Of a stretch of DNA of 64,000 bases, positions 29,388 through 39,321 are shown one piece after another. The notes under the pieces are model-generated. The model made no database searches. It was not told where the DNA came from and was given only the letters and a program-made list of their open reading frames with translations. The stretch lies in the NCBI GenBank assembly GCA_016206785.1, contig JACQQV010000010.1:302-64301 (forward strand), given 5' to 3'. The stretch's first letter is position 1. Every line of letters starts with the position of its first letter. The DNA comes from Candidatus Omnitrophota bacterium. Its GTDB lineage: Bacteria; Omnitrophota; Gorgyraeia; JACQQV01. The position numbers and the translations under genes are program-made.

Positions 29388-32300
29388 TCAAATCGCCTGT
29401 TCCACCAGCCTCTCCCTCGGCGACACCCTAGGAACAGGTCTAAGGCGAGTTGGGACTAAGTCCCTTTGAAGCGGAGACCTTCCCCTTTCGAAGGCGGGAC
29501 TTGGTCCCGATTCCTCCAATGCATCCCGCCGCCCGCCGTCCTGGACAGTTCCATCGTCTTTCTGAGTGATGAGGAACTTTACCGCCGCAAATGCTTCTTC
29601 CGCACCCTCTCCTTCTACAGTCAGTCTCACAGCATGACCCCGCTCTGCAGCAAGCATCATGAGCGATAGAATACTTCTCGCATTTGCTGCGCCACTTTTC
29701 CCCGTCACATTCATCAACCGAATTTGAGTTCCATCAAATCGCCGTGCGACCTTCACAATGTCCGTAAGCACCCTTAGGTGAAGACCGAGGAGATTCCTCA
29801 CCACGAACGTTCCTTCAATTTTCTTTTCACCGCCGTCACGGGCGGTCTCCTTCTCTTGGTAGATTGCAAGACTAACCCCAACAGGGAGACCACTTTGGGG
29901 TTTCGGCCAGACTTCTGTTTCTTTGAGGTCGAGGCCCGCAAGGACCGCTGCGAGCCGATGATCTTGGAATGGAATAATCCATTGCGCGGAGAGATAATGG
30001 GTCCCCCAATAAGAGACGGCAGCGACCGATTCCACCTTCATGCGGACGTTGGGATCGTTCGGAATTTCTTCTTCCATCTCTTCAGTCCTCGGCGTGTGAA
30101 GTTCCAAGAGGCTTAAACCGTGCCGGGCATAGGGGGCCCATCGTTTGAAGAACTGGATCAGGTCTGCAAAGAGGACCACGGATGGAACAAGGCGGCCCTT
30201 ACTGGAACCGGAGGTGGTGAGCTGTTGAACGACCAGCGCTACTACCGTTTCGTCATCAACGACATTTTTCCTTAAGAAATTATCCTTTTCAGGAAGATCT
30301 CTTTCCCCTGACGCCTTTAAGGCCTCCCAGAGCGCCCCGCGATCCACTTTTCCTATTTGCTCACGAATAATCTCCATCGCCTTTTCACGACCATGCGTTG
30401 GGTCATCTATAGAAAGCTTGAGATTTCGTTCATGAGGAATAAATTCTTGAGTATGATAAAAGTCTTTCGCCTCAAGTGGACCGACCTCTGGAATCTCTAA
30501 CTTTTTGATGGCCGCAGCAAATTCATCCGGATCGGTGGCATCTCCCCATAGGACTTTAAAGAAAACGCCTTCTAAGTCTCTAAGTTCTTTCGTGAGTGTG
30601 CCCCTCAAGGTATCGAGCGAGTCTTCGTTATAGTCCGAAGCGATCGCCACCAAGGGATGGGTTTTTAGATGCTTTCCCCCCTCTGTGTTCTCGACAATAG
30701 ACTTAACCCGTTCGACCACCAGGTGCCCGGCGCCGGCCCCCGTTGTGGCGATCCCGATCGGCTGTTCTTCAATCGGTAAGTCAAAGATCTTTTTATCGCG
30801 CGCTTTCAGACTTTCAAGATACGCCTCATGGGCACGATCTGACCCTAAGATGTCCAAAAGCCGATGAATATGATTGTCGTCGGAGATCCCCCACGGGTCC
30901 GGATCTCCCCAAAGGATCTCATGGAGGAGTTGGTACGATTTAAGATAGGCGACGGGTACCCCATAACTTCCAAATTTCGAAAGGAGGGCGCGGCCGAGCG
31001 GTGTCAGACGAATGACTTCTCCCTTTTCACCGTCGCGGGTCAGAAATTTCTGAGACTCCAAAAGATCGAAGGCCACATCCAAGAAATCGCGGTTATACCT
31101 TTTCCCAAGCTGCTCAAGATTCAACGTACTGTCTTTTTTAAATTTCTCTAAGACGGAAGGCCCGATCCTGGTAATCTGGTTTTCATGATGTCGATAGAGA
31201 CCGAAGCCGATCGCTGCAAGAGTTGGGCTTCTAATCATTCCAGTCAGATAACTCCGGATCTGTTCGGTAACCCGCTCAGCAATATAGAGTTCTTCTCCTT
31301 TCAAAAGACCCGTAGAGACGTAATGAGAGGCCTCGGGAAGATACCACCCTTTTATACTGAGATCGACAAGTTTGCGATATTCTCTAAGCGCCTCTTCACG
31401 CTTTTTAATTTCGGATTGCTTTCTGGGTGGAGGACCTCGAAAATAATGCGGGTAGTATTCCCTAAAACGTTCAATCGCTTGGATCAGTTCTTCAGGAAGA
31501 TAGCCCCCCTTTGCCATCGTCACAGCAACTTTTCCCTGAGGGGTAAGGGTGTAAGTCGTCCCCTCATCCACCCCTTTCACCCTCACCCATCCCTGAAGCG
31601 CCATGACCCGCATCGCGCCATAAAGATTCCCCATATTTTTCTCGGGCTTCTCAGGATTAAAAATTTCTGCAATGTGTCGAAGGGCTACCTCCTGCTCGCC
31701 TTCCCCAAACAGACCATAGTCTCTTTCCTCCGTCCCAAAAAGTCCTTTCTGAGTAAGATGGAAGAGCGTCGGAATTTCGACAAGGCCGTTGATATCCTGA
31801 AACACCATCGGGAGAATTGACCTCTTCTTGTCTGTAGAAAGAGCCTCTTCAAGTAAAATCTTGCGATGGCCATCTTGAGCCCCTTCCTCCTCCGGGGTAT
31901 ACTCTATACGGAGTTCCGCCTTAATGAGCTCGAGGATCTCTTCCGCATTCTCTCCTTCGACCATGATCTTGAGTTCGTCTCCCTCTTCTGCAGCGAGTAT
32001 CATCAGTTCCATAACGTTCTTGGCATTTGCAACTTCGCCCGTTTTAACATGCATGATGGCAACTTTACTTTTGGACGCATTTACAACCTTGGCAATCATT
32101 CCAGCGGGTCTTGCATGAAGCCCCAGAGGGTTGGTCACTGGAACGATTGCTTCAACCCGCTTCTCGCCACCGTCGGAAGCGCCCTTTCCCTCGCCCCGCC
32201 CCACCTTCTGTTCTCTTTTGGAAAGACCCGCTGCAGGGAATTCCCTTTCGTGCCGCAACTCCTTGAGGACCTGAGACAACTTGCTTCCTGGCGGGAAATG

Positions 32301-35225
32301 GGCCAGGAACCAAGCGCCCCATCGGGAGCCCCACCACTTCTGCCCCACGTCCGCATCGATGATCGCTGCAATTCTCGGAAGCCGCAGACTTCGGATATCT
32401 CGGGTGACACCGACATGGAATTTTTCAATATGGACCTTGTACAATGCCTCTTTTAAGGCATCTGATGGGATCTGGCTTGCCTTCTCCTGAATCGCAAGAA
32501 TCTGCTCGACTTTTTCTCCATGCAAAGTCTTCCCGCCTTTCTTGAAAAGTTCCTTCATCCTTGACCGTGCTACCATAGTGATCTCTTCGTCTGTAAGCAA
32601 AATAATCCTTGAGATCTTAACGACCGCTTCCTTTGGTAAAATACCTGTTTTCTTTACTTCTCCTTCTTTATCCAGATAATAAAGCTCCCGCCACTCTGGA
32701 CGAAGTTCGCGCAAAGGCCGCGTCCCTCCGAAAATCTTTCCACCGATCGCAAAGAGCCGTGTCAATTCATGACTCATTAAAGTCCAGCCTGGATAGAGGC
32801 GTCTACCCGTCATGGGATCTTTCGCCCCAACCAGAAGCCATGTCATATAGGAACGGCCGATTCCTTCTTGACCCACAAGAAGAACCGTCTCCTTTGTCTC
32901 TTCGTTGTAGAGAATATTCCCGTGGAAGACCTCGATGCCCAGGACCTGAGCCAGTTGTTCCCGATTCGGCATCTTCCCTCCTATATACAAGACCTCTTCC
33001 GCAACCTTCATCAGAGGTCCCTCCACGAGTTCTGAAATTTTTGCTCCTCTTTGGACGTCGTTTTGGATCTGTCTGACCCACCGGAGAATCTCGTTTTCCT
33101 CGGAAATGTCACGCCGTGTTAAGAGAGAAAGAACTTTTTTATCTTCTCGAGCAAGATCTTCCGAAACGATTTTGATCCGACGCGTGTGATTTGCCTGCAC
33201 CCTTTCCAAAAAGGACTTAGGAGATTCTTCTGTTTGTGTTACCCACTCTCCGTCTACGAAACGATCTACTTGGACGCCGTCCCGCCCGATAAACCGGAGT
33301 GCAATTCCTGCCCCTCCCTTAGCGACCGGATCATCAAAGTCAGTCCCCATGCTCCTATTTTGAATATTAAAGTTCGGGGCCCCCGTCATGATGGCGGTGA
33401 CTTCATGTCCTCCCTCTCCATCCACCTGGATCGATGGAAGAAATTCCTCAAGATTCAATTTCTGACTGTCCTCTTTCCAACCCGCAGCCATCACCGGTGA
33501 AAGCTCCACATTCATGAGATCATGGAAGACATTTGCCTTGAACGTATCGGTGGTCCGGATCAGTTCCTCCTTCCTATCCCAATCCGAAAAGGAAACTTCT
33601 TTCCCCCCTCCTAAAGCGCCAGGAAGTGAGCCCCCTACATAAAGAACTCCAAATTCATCCAAATGGTAAGTATAAAACCGCATTTTGATCCATTCTTCGG
33701 CAATCTCCCTGAGCCGTGGGTCTTCCCGGAAATTATGAAGATCGAGTTCTGGAATGAGTTTCGTTTCTTCCCCTTCTTCTTGCCGAATCACTTCATCATT
33801 GTAGTAACGAATTTCTTTATTCCTTGCCTCAAGGAAGGCCTCACCACCATACACACTGTCCCAAGCCCCATCCAAACCAGGATAACCCATCATGGTAAAA
33901 AGAAAGACAAGGTCATCCGGTTGGAAGATATAGACCCCTCTTCCTTCAAACTTTTTTTCAAACTCCCGAAGCATGTCATGCACAACAAGAGGAGATCCTC
34001 CGCCAAGCGAGCGACCACGGCTTTTTCCGAACAGGTCTCCCATGAGGATGATCTTATCCACCCGCCGTTCCACCGCTCTCTGGAGCATGAGATTGAGCGC
34101 CCTTGCATCTCCTTTAATATCCCCAATGATAGCCGTTTCCGGAACCTCTGGGTCTCCCTCTCCGTTGATGGTCCGGACGACCCGTTGATACTCTTCTGCC
34201 CGTCGAAGACGTTTGAGCGCCGTGGAAAGATGGATTCTAAAATCTTGCGGGATATTCACATCGGAAAGCGCTTCCTCCGGCCATCCTTTTGGATTGAGGA
34301 GGCGTACAATGGGAGGAATGGCAAGACTCAATGCAAAATTGGTGTAAATCTGGCGGGTGCCTCTCGAGAGATCGATAAAATTTCTCGCAAAACGCCTTTC
34401 AATCTCGTCGACCGTTGCCATATAGCGGTTTAGGAAATCTTTGTCAACGGAAATGACCCCTTTGTCGGAAAGTTGTTCAAGATATTCCTTCAATTTCTCT
34501 CTTTTTGGTTTCTCGATAAGAAGAAGACGCCCCATTTCTCCGAGAAGACCGAAGACTTGAGGAGTAAATCCAATGGCAGAAGATCCGATCAGTTCCGGAT
34601 CGTGACGGATGGCTGAGGAGCGGAGAAGAGTGACCCAGAATTCCCAGAAAATTTCCTCTGGAGGTGCATGGGCAGGGTCTGCAAGGGCTTCATGGACCAG
34701 AACACGCTCGCGGCTTTCTCTGCGGAGGAGTGTTTTCATCCCGCGGGCAAACCTGAAATGATGATGCCGTGCAAGACTTGCAAAAAGCTCCCTTGTCTTC
34801 CGATACGGCTCTTCGTCTTTGTTCAAAAGTTGCGAGAAAAGGGTATAAGGACTTGTTGGAGGTTTGTGAGGAACGAGATAGCCTCTCGCATCAACGGCCT
34901 GAACCCCTTTAAAAATTTCAATTTTTCCCCCAAGAATTTCGGTCGGAAGACCCCGTCCAAGCAAGACATAACTGGAATGGAACTGGGGAGACTTGGCCAG
35001 AGGGCTGACGGTATGTTCACCGCCATCTCTTGCGGATGTCCCAGAAATCGCTTGTCGAAGGGTCGGGTCAAAGGCGGCCGATTTTGGCCTCAACAAAGAA
35101 GAGCCTGGGCAAGGGGAAAAACGTCTCCCCACTGCGGAAGGGAAACGCTCCCCTGCCCAGGCCCAGTCCAAAGGAAGGGTGGTGAAGAGAAAACATTCAA
35201 GTAGGATCAGTGAGATGATGCGCAT
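29388..35225 (-). CDS. Giant (1945 aa) multidomain protein with two HPr-like phosphocarrier domains and a degenerate calcineurin-like phosphoesterase motif. Function unknown.
   Basis: The 5.8-kb ORF is uninterrupted and has a hydrophobic N-terminus. HPr domain 1 reads PVTNPLGLHARPAGMIAKV...ANAKNVMELM and HPr domain 2 reads VVRNLLGLHLRVLTDIVKV...ANARSILSLM. The motif pair IIGDIKGD...ILMGDLFGKSRG resembles the GDxHG/GDxxDRG metallophosphatase motifs with the His replaced. Confidence 0.6.
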   Translation of the reverse strand: MRIISLILLECFLFTTLPLDWAWAGERFPSAVGRRFSPCPGSSLLRPKSAAFDPTLRQAISGTSARDGGEHTVSPLAKSPQFHSSYVLLGRGLPTEILGGKIEIFKGVQAVDARGYLVPHKPPTSPYTLFSQLLNKDEEPYRKTRELFASLARHHHFRFARGMKTLLRRESRERVLVHEALADPAHAPPEEIFWEFWVTLLRSSAIRHDPELIGSSAIGFTPQVFGLLGEMGRLLLIEKPKREKLKEYLEQLSDKGVISVDKDFLNRYMATVDEIERRFARNFIDLSRGTRQIYTNFALSLAIPPIVRLLNPKGWPEEALSDVNIPQDFRIHLSTALKRLRRAEEYQRVVRTINGEGDPEVPETAIIGDIKGDARALNLMLQRAVERRVDKIILMGDLFGKSRGRSLGGGSPLVVHDMLREFEKKFEGRGVYIFQPDDLVFLFTMMGYPGLDGAWDSVYGGEAFLEARNKEIRYYNDEVIRQEEGEETKLIPELDLHNFREDPRLREIAEEWIKMRFYTYHLDEFGVLYVGGSLPGALGGGKEVSFSDWDRKEELIRTTDTFKANVFHDLMNVELSPVMAAGWKEDSQKLNLEEFLPSIQVDGEGGHEVTAIMTGAPNFNIQNRSMGTDFDDPVAKGGAGIALRFIGRDGVQVDRFVDGEWVTQTEESPKSFLERVQANHTRRIKIVSEDLAREDKKVLSLLTRRDISEENEILRWVRQIQNDVQRGAKISELVEGPLMKVAEEVLYIGGKMPNREQLAQVLGIEVFHGNILYNEETKETVLLVGQEGIGRSYMTWLLVGAKDPMTGRRLYPGWTLMSHELTRLFAIGGKIFGGTRPLRELRPEWRELYYLDKEGEVKKTGILPKEAVVKISRIILLTDEEITMVARSRMKELFKKGGKTLHGEKVEQILAIQEKASQIPSDALKEALYKVHIEKFHVGVTRDIRSLRLPRIAAIIDADVGQKWWGSRWGAWFLAHFPPGSKLSQVLKELRHEREFPAAGLSKREQKVGRGEGKGASDGGEKRVEAIVPVTNPLGLHARPAGMIAKVVNASKSKVAIMHVKTGEVANAKNVMELMILAAEEGDELKIMVEGENAEEILELIKAELRIEYTPEEEGAQDGHRKILLEEALSTDKKRSILPMVFQDINGLVEIPTLFHLTQKGLFGTEERDYGLFGEGEQEVALRHIAEIFNPEKPEKNMGNLYGAMRVMALQGWVRVKGVDEGTTYTLTPQGKVAVTMAKGGYLPEELIQAIERFREYYPHYFRGPPPRKQSEIKKREEALREYRKLVDLSIKGWYLPEASHYVSTGLLKGEELYIAERVTEQIRSYLTGMIRSPTLAAIGFGLYRHHENQITRIGPSVLEKFKKDSTLNLEQLGKRYNRDFLDVAFDLLESQKFLTRDGEKGEVIRLTPLGRALLSKFGSYGVPVAYLKSYQLLHEILWGDPDPWGISDDNHIHRLLDILGSDRAHEAYLESLKARDKKIFDLPIEEQPIGIATTGAGAGHLVVERVKSIVENTEGGKHLKTHPLVAIASDYNEDSLDTLRGTLTKELRDLEGVFFKVLWGDATDPDEFAAAIKKLEIPEVGPLEAKDFYHTQEFIPHERNLKLSIDDPTHGREKAMEIIREQIGKVDRGALWEALKASGERDLPEKDNFLRKNVVDDETVVALVVQQLTTSGSSKGRLVPSVVLFADLIQFFKRWAPYARHGLSLLELHTPRTEEMEEEIPNDPNVRMKVESVAAVSYWGTHYLSAQWIIPFQDHRLAAVLAGLDLKETEVWPKPQSGLPVGVSLAIYQEKETARDGGEKKIEGTFVVRNLLGLHLRVLTDIVKVARRFDGTQIRLMNVTGKSGAANARSILSLMMLAAERGHAVRLTVEGEGAEEAFAAVKFLITQKDDGTVQDGGRRDALEESGPSPAFERGRSPLQRDLVPTRLRPVPRVSPRERLVEQAI
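29462..29509. repeat. REP-like palindrome family 2, second locus (GGGACTAAGTCCC ... GGGACTTGGTCCC).
   Basis: It has the same unit and spacing as at 9524. It lies inside the extreme 3' end (low-complexity tail) of the giant ORF. Confidence 0.55.
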
Positions 35226-35485
35226 GGTTTTAAAAGAGTTTCAAATCGGGGTAAACAAAAAACCGAGTTCCATTTTCAGGCAACTCGGCAGTCTATCGTT
35301 CAGATCCGCAGTTTTGTGCCCCAGCCTCTCGGCTGGTTTACCATTCTCTGAAAGGACTTTCTTCCAACTTGAAACTTATGGGGAAAGTATACCTTAGAGA
35401 AGAGGATTTTTCAAGGGAGTATTTATAACTTCTGCGTCTACTAACACATCATAACACTTTAAATTATATATAGATATGAAATGGA

Positions 35486-35926
35486 TTATTTGGGGCCTAT
35501 TTTTTCTCCGGTTTGGAGTCGATTTTGGATCTGTTCGGGCTTAAACCGGCTCACGCGGGCTTCGTTCTTCTGATCACCCTCTCCTAACTTTTTAAGGGGG
35601 ATTGAATGGGTCTCGATCGGCTTCTTGATCGGTTCTCTTTGGGGGGAAGTGGATGCACTTCGTAATTTCTTAGGAGAATGGGTTTCGAGCTTTTTGATAA
35701 GAGTTCTTTCAGGATTGGTTTCAAGCGGTTTCTGAATTGTATCTCCTTTGATCGGTTTCCCCTTTTCTTGCGCGGCAAGGAATCGATCCGCTTTCGCTTT
35801 TTGTTCAGGAGTCTCCGAGACCTTCTTTGTTGTGTCAGATGCTGCGATCGGAATGAACCCTAAAACGAAAAGTAAAACGATTAGGATTCTTTTCAATTCC
35901 AAACGCCTGGGATCGTTCGTTTGCAT
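35486..35926 (-). CDS. Small Lys/Pro-rich repetitive protein with an N-terminal TM or signal segment. Hypothetical.
   Basis: It is low-complexity with KKxETHS-type repeats. The start is uncertain and overlaps the 3' end of the neighbouring gene. Confidence 0.25.
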   Translation of the reverse strand: MQTNDPRRLELKRILIVLLFVLGFIPIAASDTTKKVSETPEQKAKADRFLAAQEKGKPIKGDTIQKPLETNPERTLIKKLETHSPKKLRSASTSPQREPIKKPIETHSIPLKKLGEGDQKNEARVSRFKPEQIQNRLQTGEKIGPK

Positions 35927-36951
35927 GTTGGACAGACACCGGTGGGTGTGAGGAGATCTTTCAAAATCGTATAGCCGTGACGTTCGATGAGAAGCGTCTT
36001 GCAGCCAGGGCAATAGGTGTTTTCATATTTTCCAACTTGGCCCGGCAGATTTCCCGCATAAATAAACTTTAGTCCGGCGGCTTCGCCGATCTGCGCAGCC
36101 CGAAGAAGTGTTTTGGCATTGGTATTGTCCGGTTCCTGCATCTTGTAATCTTTGTGGAAAGCGGTCACATGCCACGGAATTTCCGGTGAAACTGAAACAA
36201 GAAATTTTGCGATCTGCGCAAGTTCCTCATCCGAGTCATTGAAACCCGGGATGGTCAAGGTCACAATCTCCACCCAAAACCCCATCGACTTGAGTCGTTC
36301 GATTGTTTCAAGAACCGTTTTCAACACCCCTCCCAGTTGCCGATACTGTTTATCGTCAAATCCTTTGAGATCCACCTTATAGAGGTCGACCCAGGGGCGG
36401 ATATAACTTAAAACTTCCGGCGTTCCGTTTCCGTTCGAGATATAGGCGCATTTGAGATTTTCTTGCTTGGCGACCTGAAACACCTCCACCGCCCATTCGC
36501 TCGTAATCAACGGCTCGTTGTAGGTACTGGCAATGACCGGGGCATGATATTTTTTGGCAAGACTCACAAGTTCCTTGGGTCTGGTTGGCATCGGATGAGA
36601 AATGACATCCGGATCGCGAAGGACCTGAGAAGTCAAAAAGTTCTGACAATACGGGCAGTGGTAATCACATCCGAGCATACCGAAGGAGAGGGCGTCTCTG
36701 CCAGGAAAGGCATGAAAGAAAGGTTTTTTCTCGATCGGATCGCACTGGAGCGCCCCAACATATCCTGTCGGAACATAGAGAATCCCATCCCGGTTAAACC
36801 GGACTCGGCAGATACCATCCCTTCCCTCCCGAATGAGACACCGGTGGCCACAGGCAAAACAACGGAGTTCCTTATTGGGGAGCTTTTCATAAAGGGCCCC
36901 TTCGTGGGTGTGTCCGGCGAGAAGTTGTTGGAGGGTAAGCGTCTGCGGCAT
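35893..36951 (-). CDS. AmmeMemoRadiSam-system radical SAM enzyme.
   Basis: It has an N-terminal CFACGHRCLIREGRDGIC Cys cluster and the CDYHCPYCQN radical-SAM motif. The C-terminal CPTCKR pair and the 352-aa length are typical of this family. Confidence 0.75.
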   Translation of the reverse strand: MPQTLTLQQLLAGHTHEGALYEKLPNKELRCFACGHRCLIREGRDGICRVRFNRDGILYVPTGYVGALQCDPIEKKPFFHAFPGRDALSFGMLGCDYHCPYCQNFLTSQVLRDPDVISHPMPTRPKELVSLAKKYHAPVIASTYNEPLITSEWAVEVFQVAKQENLKCAYISNGNGTPEVLSYIRPWVDLYKVDLKGFDDKQYRQLGGVLKTVLETIERLKSMGFWVEIVTLTIPGFNDSDEELAQIAKFLVSVSPEIPWHVTAFHKDYKMQEPDNTNAKTLLRAAQIGEAAGLKFIYAGNLPGQVGKYENTYCPGCKTLLIERHGYTILKDLLTPTGVCPTCKRTIPGVWN

Positions 36952-36972
36952 CTTGATACAAGTATACCATAA

Positions 36973-37743
36973 TCAGGCGGGGCTTCGTTTAAACAGAGCG
37001 ACAGCAAGGCTAAGCATCAGGGCTGAAAAGAGAAGATTGAACAGAAGATCAAAAGCGATCGGAAAACGGTGCGCTCCTGAGAGGATCCACCGAAGTTGGT
37101 CCACGCCATACGTGAGAGGATTGAGATGTGTGAGAACCTTAAGCCAGATCGGAATCCCATCCAGCGGAAAAAGCCCGCCGCTTAAGAAAAACATTGGCAT
37201 GATGACGAAATTTGCAATCGTTCCGAATCCCTCAAAAGAGGTCATCCGGCTTGCCAGCACAATCCCCATCGAGGTGCAGGTAAATGCGATGAGGAACATG
37301 GACGGGATGAGAAGCAGGATCTTCTCGAATGTGAGAGGCACATGCACCAGGGGGGCAAACGCGACGACGACCAACCCCTGTAGTACGGCGATCGTACTGC
37401 CGCTTGCGGCCTTTCCAAAAGCGATCGCACTTCTGGAAATGGGGGCCACAAGAATCTCTTTCAAAAACCCAAATTCACGGTCCCAGATGATCGAGATCGC
37501 TGAAAGAAAAGAAGCAAAGATGAGGTTCATCGCGATGACACCGGGGAAAATAAAATGCATATAAGGAACGCCCGCTCCCGAATGAAACACGGGACCCATT
37601 CCCACGCCGAGGAAAAGGAGCCAGAGCATCGGACGGGAGAAGCCGCCTAAAATCTGGGTACGGTCCCTGCGGAAACGGACCAGATCCCGAAGCCATACCG
37701 TGTAGAGGGATTGGAACTCCATTACCGCATCCTCCCGATCCAT
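36973..37743 (-). CDS. ABC-2 type transporter permease.
   Basis: It has six predicted TM helices and the ABC-2 family profile. It lies adjacent to the ATPase with overlap. Confidence 0.75.
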   Translation of the reverse strand: MDREDAVMEFQSLYTVWLRDLVRFRRDRTQILGGFSRPMLWLLFLGVGMGPVFHSGAGVPYMHFIFPGVIAMNLIFASFLSAISIIWDREFGFLKEILVAPISRSAIAFGKAASGSTIAVLQGLVVVAFAPLVHVPLTFEKILLLIPSMFLIAFTCTSMGIVLASRMTSFEGFGTIANFVIMPMFFLSGGLFPLDGIPIWLKVLTHLNPLTYGVDQLRWILSGAHRFPIAFDLLFNLLFSALMLSLAVALFKRSPA

Positions 37744-38513
37744 TTCTTGTGCAGATCCCGCAACTGATCTTTCTGCGAGGCATTCTCCTCGCGAATCTCG
37801 CGGCCGATGAGTTTGACAAAGACATCGTCCAAGGTGTCACTTCCGAGACGCTGTTTGAGTGCGGTGGGTGTGTCCAGTGCAACGATTTTCCCCTCATCGA
37901 TGATCGCGATCCGGTCGCACTGTTCCGCTTCTTCCATATAATGGGTGGTGAGAAAAAGGGTGAGCCCTTCTTTGCTGCGGAGTTCCTTGACGTAGCTCCA
38001 GATGTGATTGCGTGTTTGCGGATCGAGTCCCAGCGTCGGCTCATCCAGGAAAAGAACTTTGGGAGAGTGAAGAAGCCCCCGGACGATTTCGAGGCGCCGT
38101 TTCATCCCTCCCGAAAAGGTCTTGACCAGATCACCACGCCTATCGGATAGACCCACCATCTCCAAGAGCATTTCTCTCCGCTCCTCCGTCTTTTTTTTGG
38201 GAAGGTGATAGAGCATCGCATGGAACTTGAGATTTTCGAGAGCGGTTAACCGTTCGTCCAGGCTAGGGTCTTGGAAAATGATGCCGATCGACCTGCGCAC
38301 TTCGGTGGGATGCTGCACCACATCGTGGCCTGCAACCAGGGCCCTCCCGCTCGTCGGGGTGAGAAGGGTGCAGAGCATATTGATGGTGGTGGTCTTTCCT
38401 GCGCCGTTCGGACCTAAAAAACCGAAGAGCTCCCCCTCCCCCACCTGAAAAGAGATGTCTCGAACGGCGTGGAGAACGCCAAAGTGCTTGACAAGGTTTT
38501 CAACCTGAATCAC
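37722..38513 (-). CDS. ABC transporter ATP-binding protein.
   Basis: Walker A GPNGAGKTT, the signature LSGGMKRRL and Walker B LFLDEPT are present. Confidence 0.85.
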   Translation of the reverse strand: MIQVENLVKHFGVLHAVRDISFQVGEGELFGFLGPNGAGKTTTINMLCTLLTPTSGRALVAGHDVVQHPTEVRRSIGIIFQDPSLDERLTALENLKFHAMLYHLPKKKTEERREMLLEMVGLSDRRGDLVKTFSGGMKRRLEIVRGLLHSPKVLFLDEPTLGLDPQTRNHIWSYVKELRSKEGLTLFLTTHYMEEAEQCDRIAIIDEGKIVALDTPTALKQRLGSDTLDDVFVKLIGREIREENASQKDQLRDLHKKWIGRMR

Positions 38514-38635
38514 AAAGCCTAAAACCTACTCTTTCTTTGCAACTTATTTAAAATAATATGGTTGTGAATGTACGGATAACGGCGGGAAAAAAAATTGGCC
38601 GCCTGAGGCGGCCTTCTAAATTTTTGTGGACTCCG

Positions 38636-39256
38636 TTAGTATAATTCCCTACGACCCAGGATTTTGATAACTACTTTTTTGATCTCACCGATCTGTTTGT
38701 GGACATACGGCTGGCTCAGGGCCCCATGGTCGAGGCCCGCAGCGATTTCTCTTTGGGTATATCCTTCTATGAGCATCTTGTAGATTTCCACCTGCATCGG
38801 CTTTAACTTCTTTAGAATCTCGGATTCGAATTCCTTAAACTCCGTCTCCTCCCGTTCTCTCGATTCGGTCCACCGCTTGAAGAGATCGGACGAGATCTCG
38901 TCAAGACCAACCCCTCTGAAGAATTCTTCCTCTTCTATCTCTTCGGCCTCATCGGAGAGGCGGCGTCCAAGGAGAAACTCCATATCCGAAAGCAGACCAT
39001 AGGGTACTTCCCGTTTCGCCCGCTCCGTATAATAGGTGTCTCTTAGAAAATTATTGATGGCGGAGTCGATCTGAAGGGAGACCCAGCTTTTGAGGGTTAG
39101 CCCGTTCGCGTCATCGACCCTGTATTTCCCGAAGGATTGCCACACCCTGATCCTGCATTCCTGACAGCAGTCCCGGTAATCGTGGTAGTCGGCGACCTTG
39201 TTGGCAACCTTTTTCTGAATCAGCTTTTCGTAATCCTCAACTCTCGTCTCAACCAT
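38636..39256 (-). CDS. Putative sigma-70 family (ECF-like) RNA polymerase sigma factor.
   Basis: There is a region-2-like segment (DYHDYRDCCQECRIRVWQSF) and a C-terminal region-4-like HTH (YTQREIAAGLD...VHKQI). Confidence 0.4.
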   Translation of the reverse strand: MVETRVEDYEKLIQKKVANKVADYHDYRDCCQECRIRVWQSFGKYRVDDANGLTLKSWVSLQIDSAINNFLRDTYYTERAKREVPYGLLSDMEFLLGRRLSDEAEEIEEEEFFRGVGLDEISSDLFKRWTESREREETEFKEFESEILKKLKPMQVEIYKMLIEGYTQREIAAGLDHGALSQPYVHKQIGEIKKVVIKILGRRELY

Positions 39257-39321
39257 CGTTTCACCGTCGAGCTTTCCTAATATAAGTATATCTCACTTTG
39301 GAAGTTTTGTCAATAAGCCAG

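Noticed and set aside
31185-34433. Several plus-strand ORFs of 200-256 aa (31185..31820, 31866..32456, 33663..34433) inside the giant gene.
   Set aside because: All are antisense to the uninterrupted 5.8-kb minus-strand ORF, which carries recognisable HPr motifs. No independent support.
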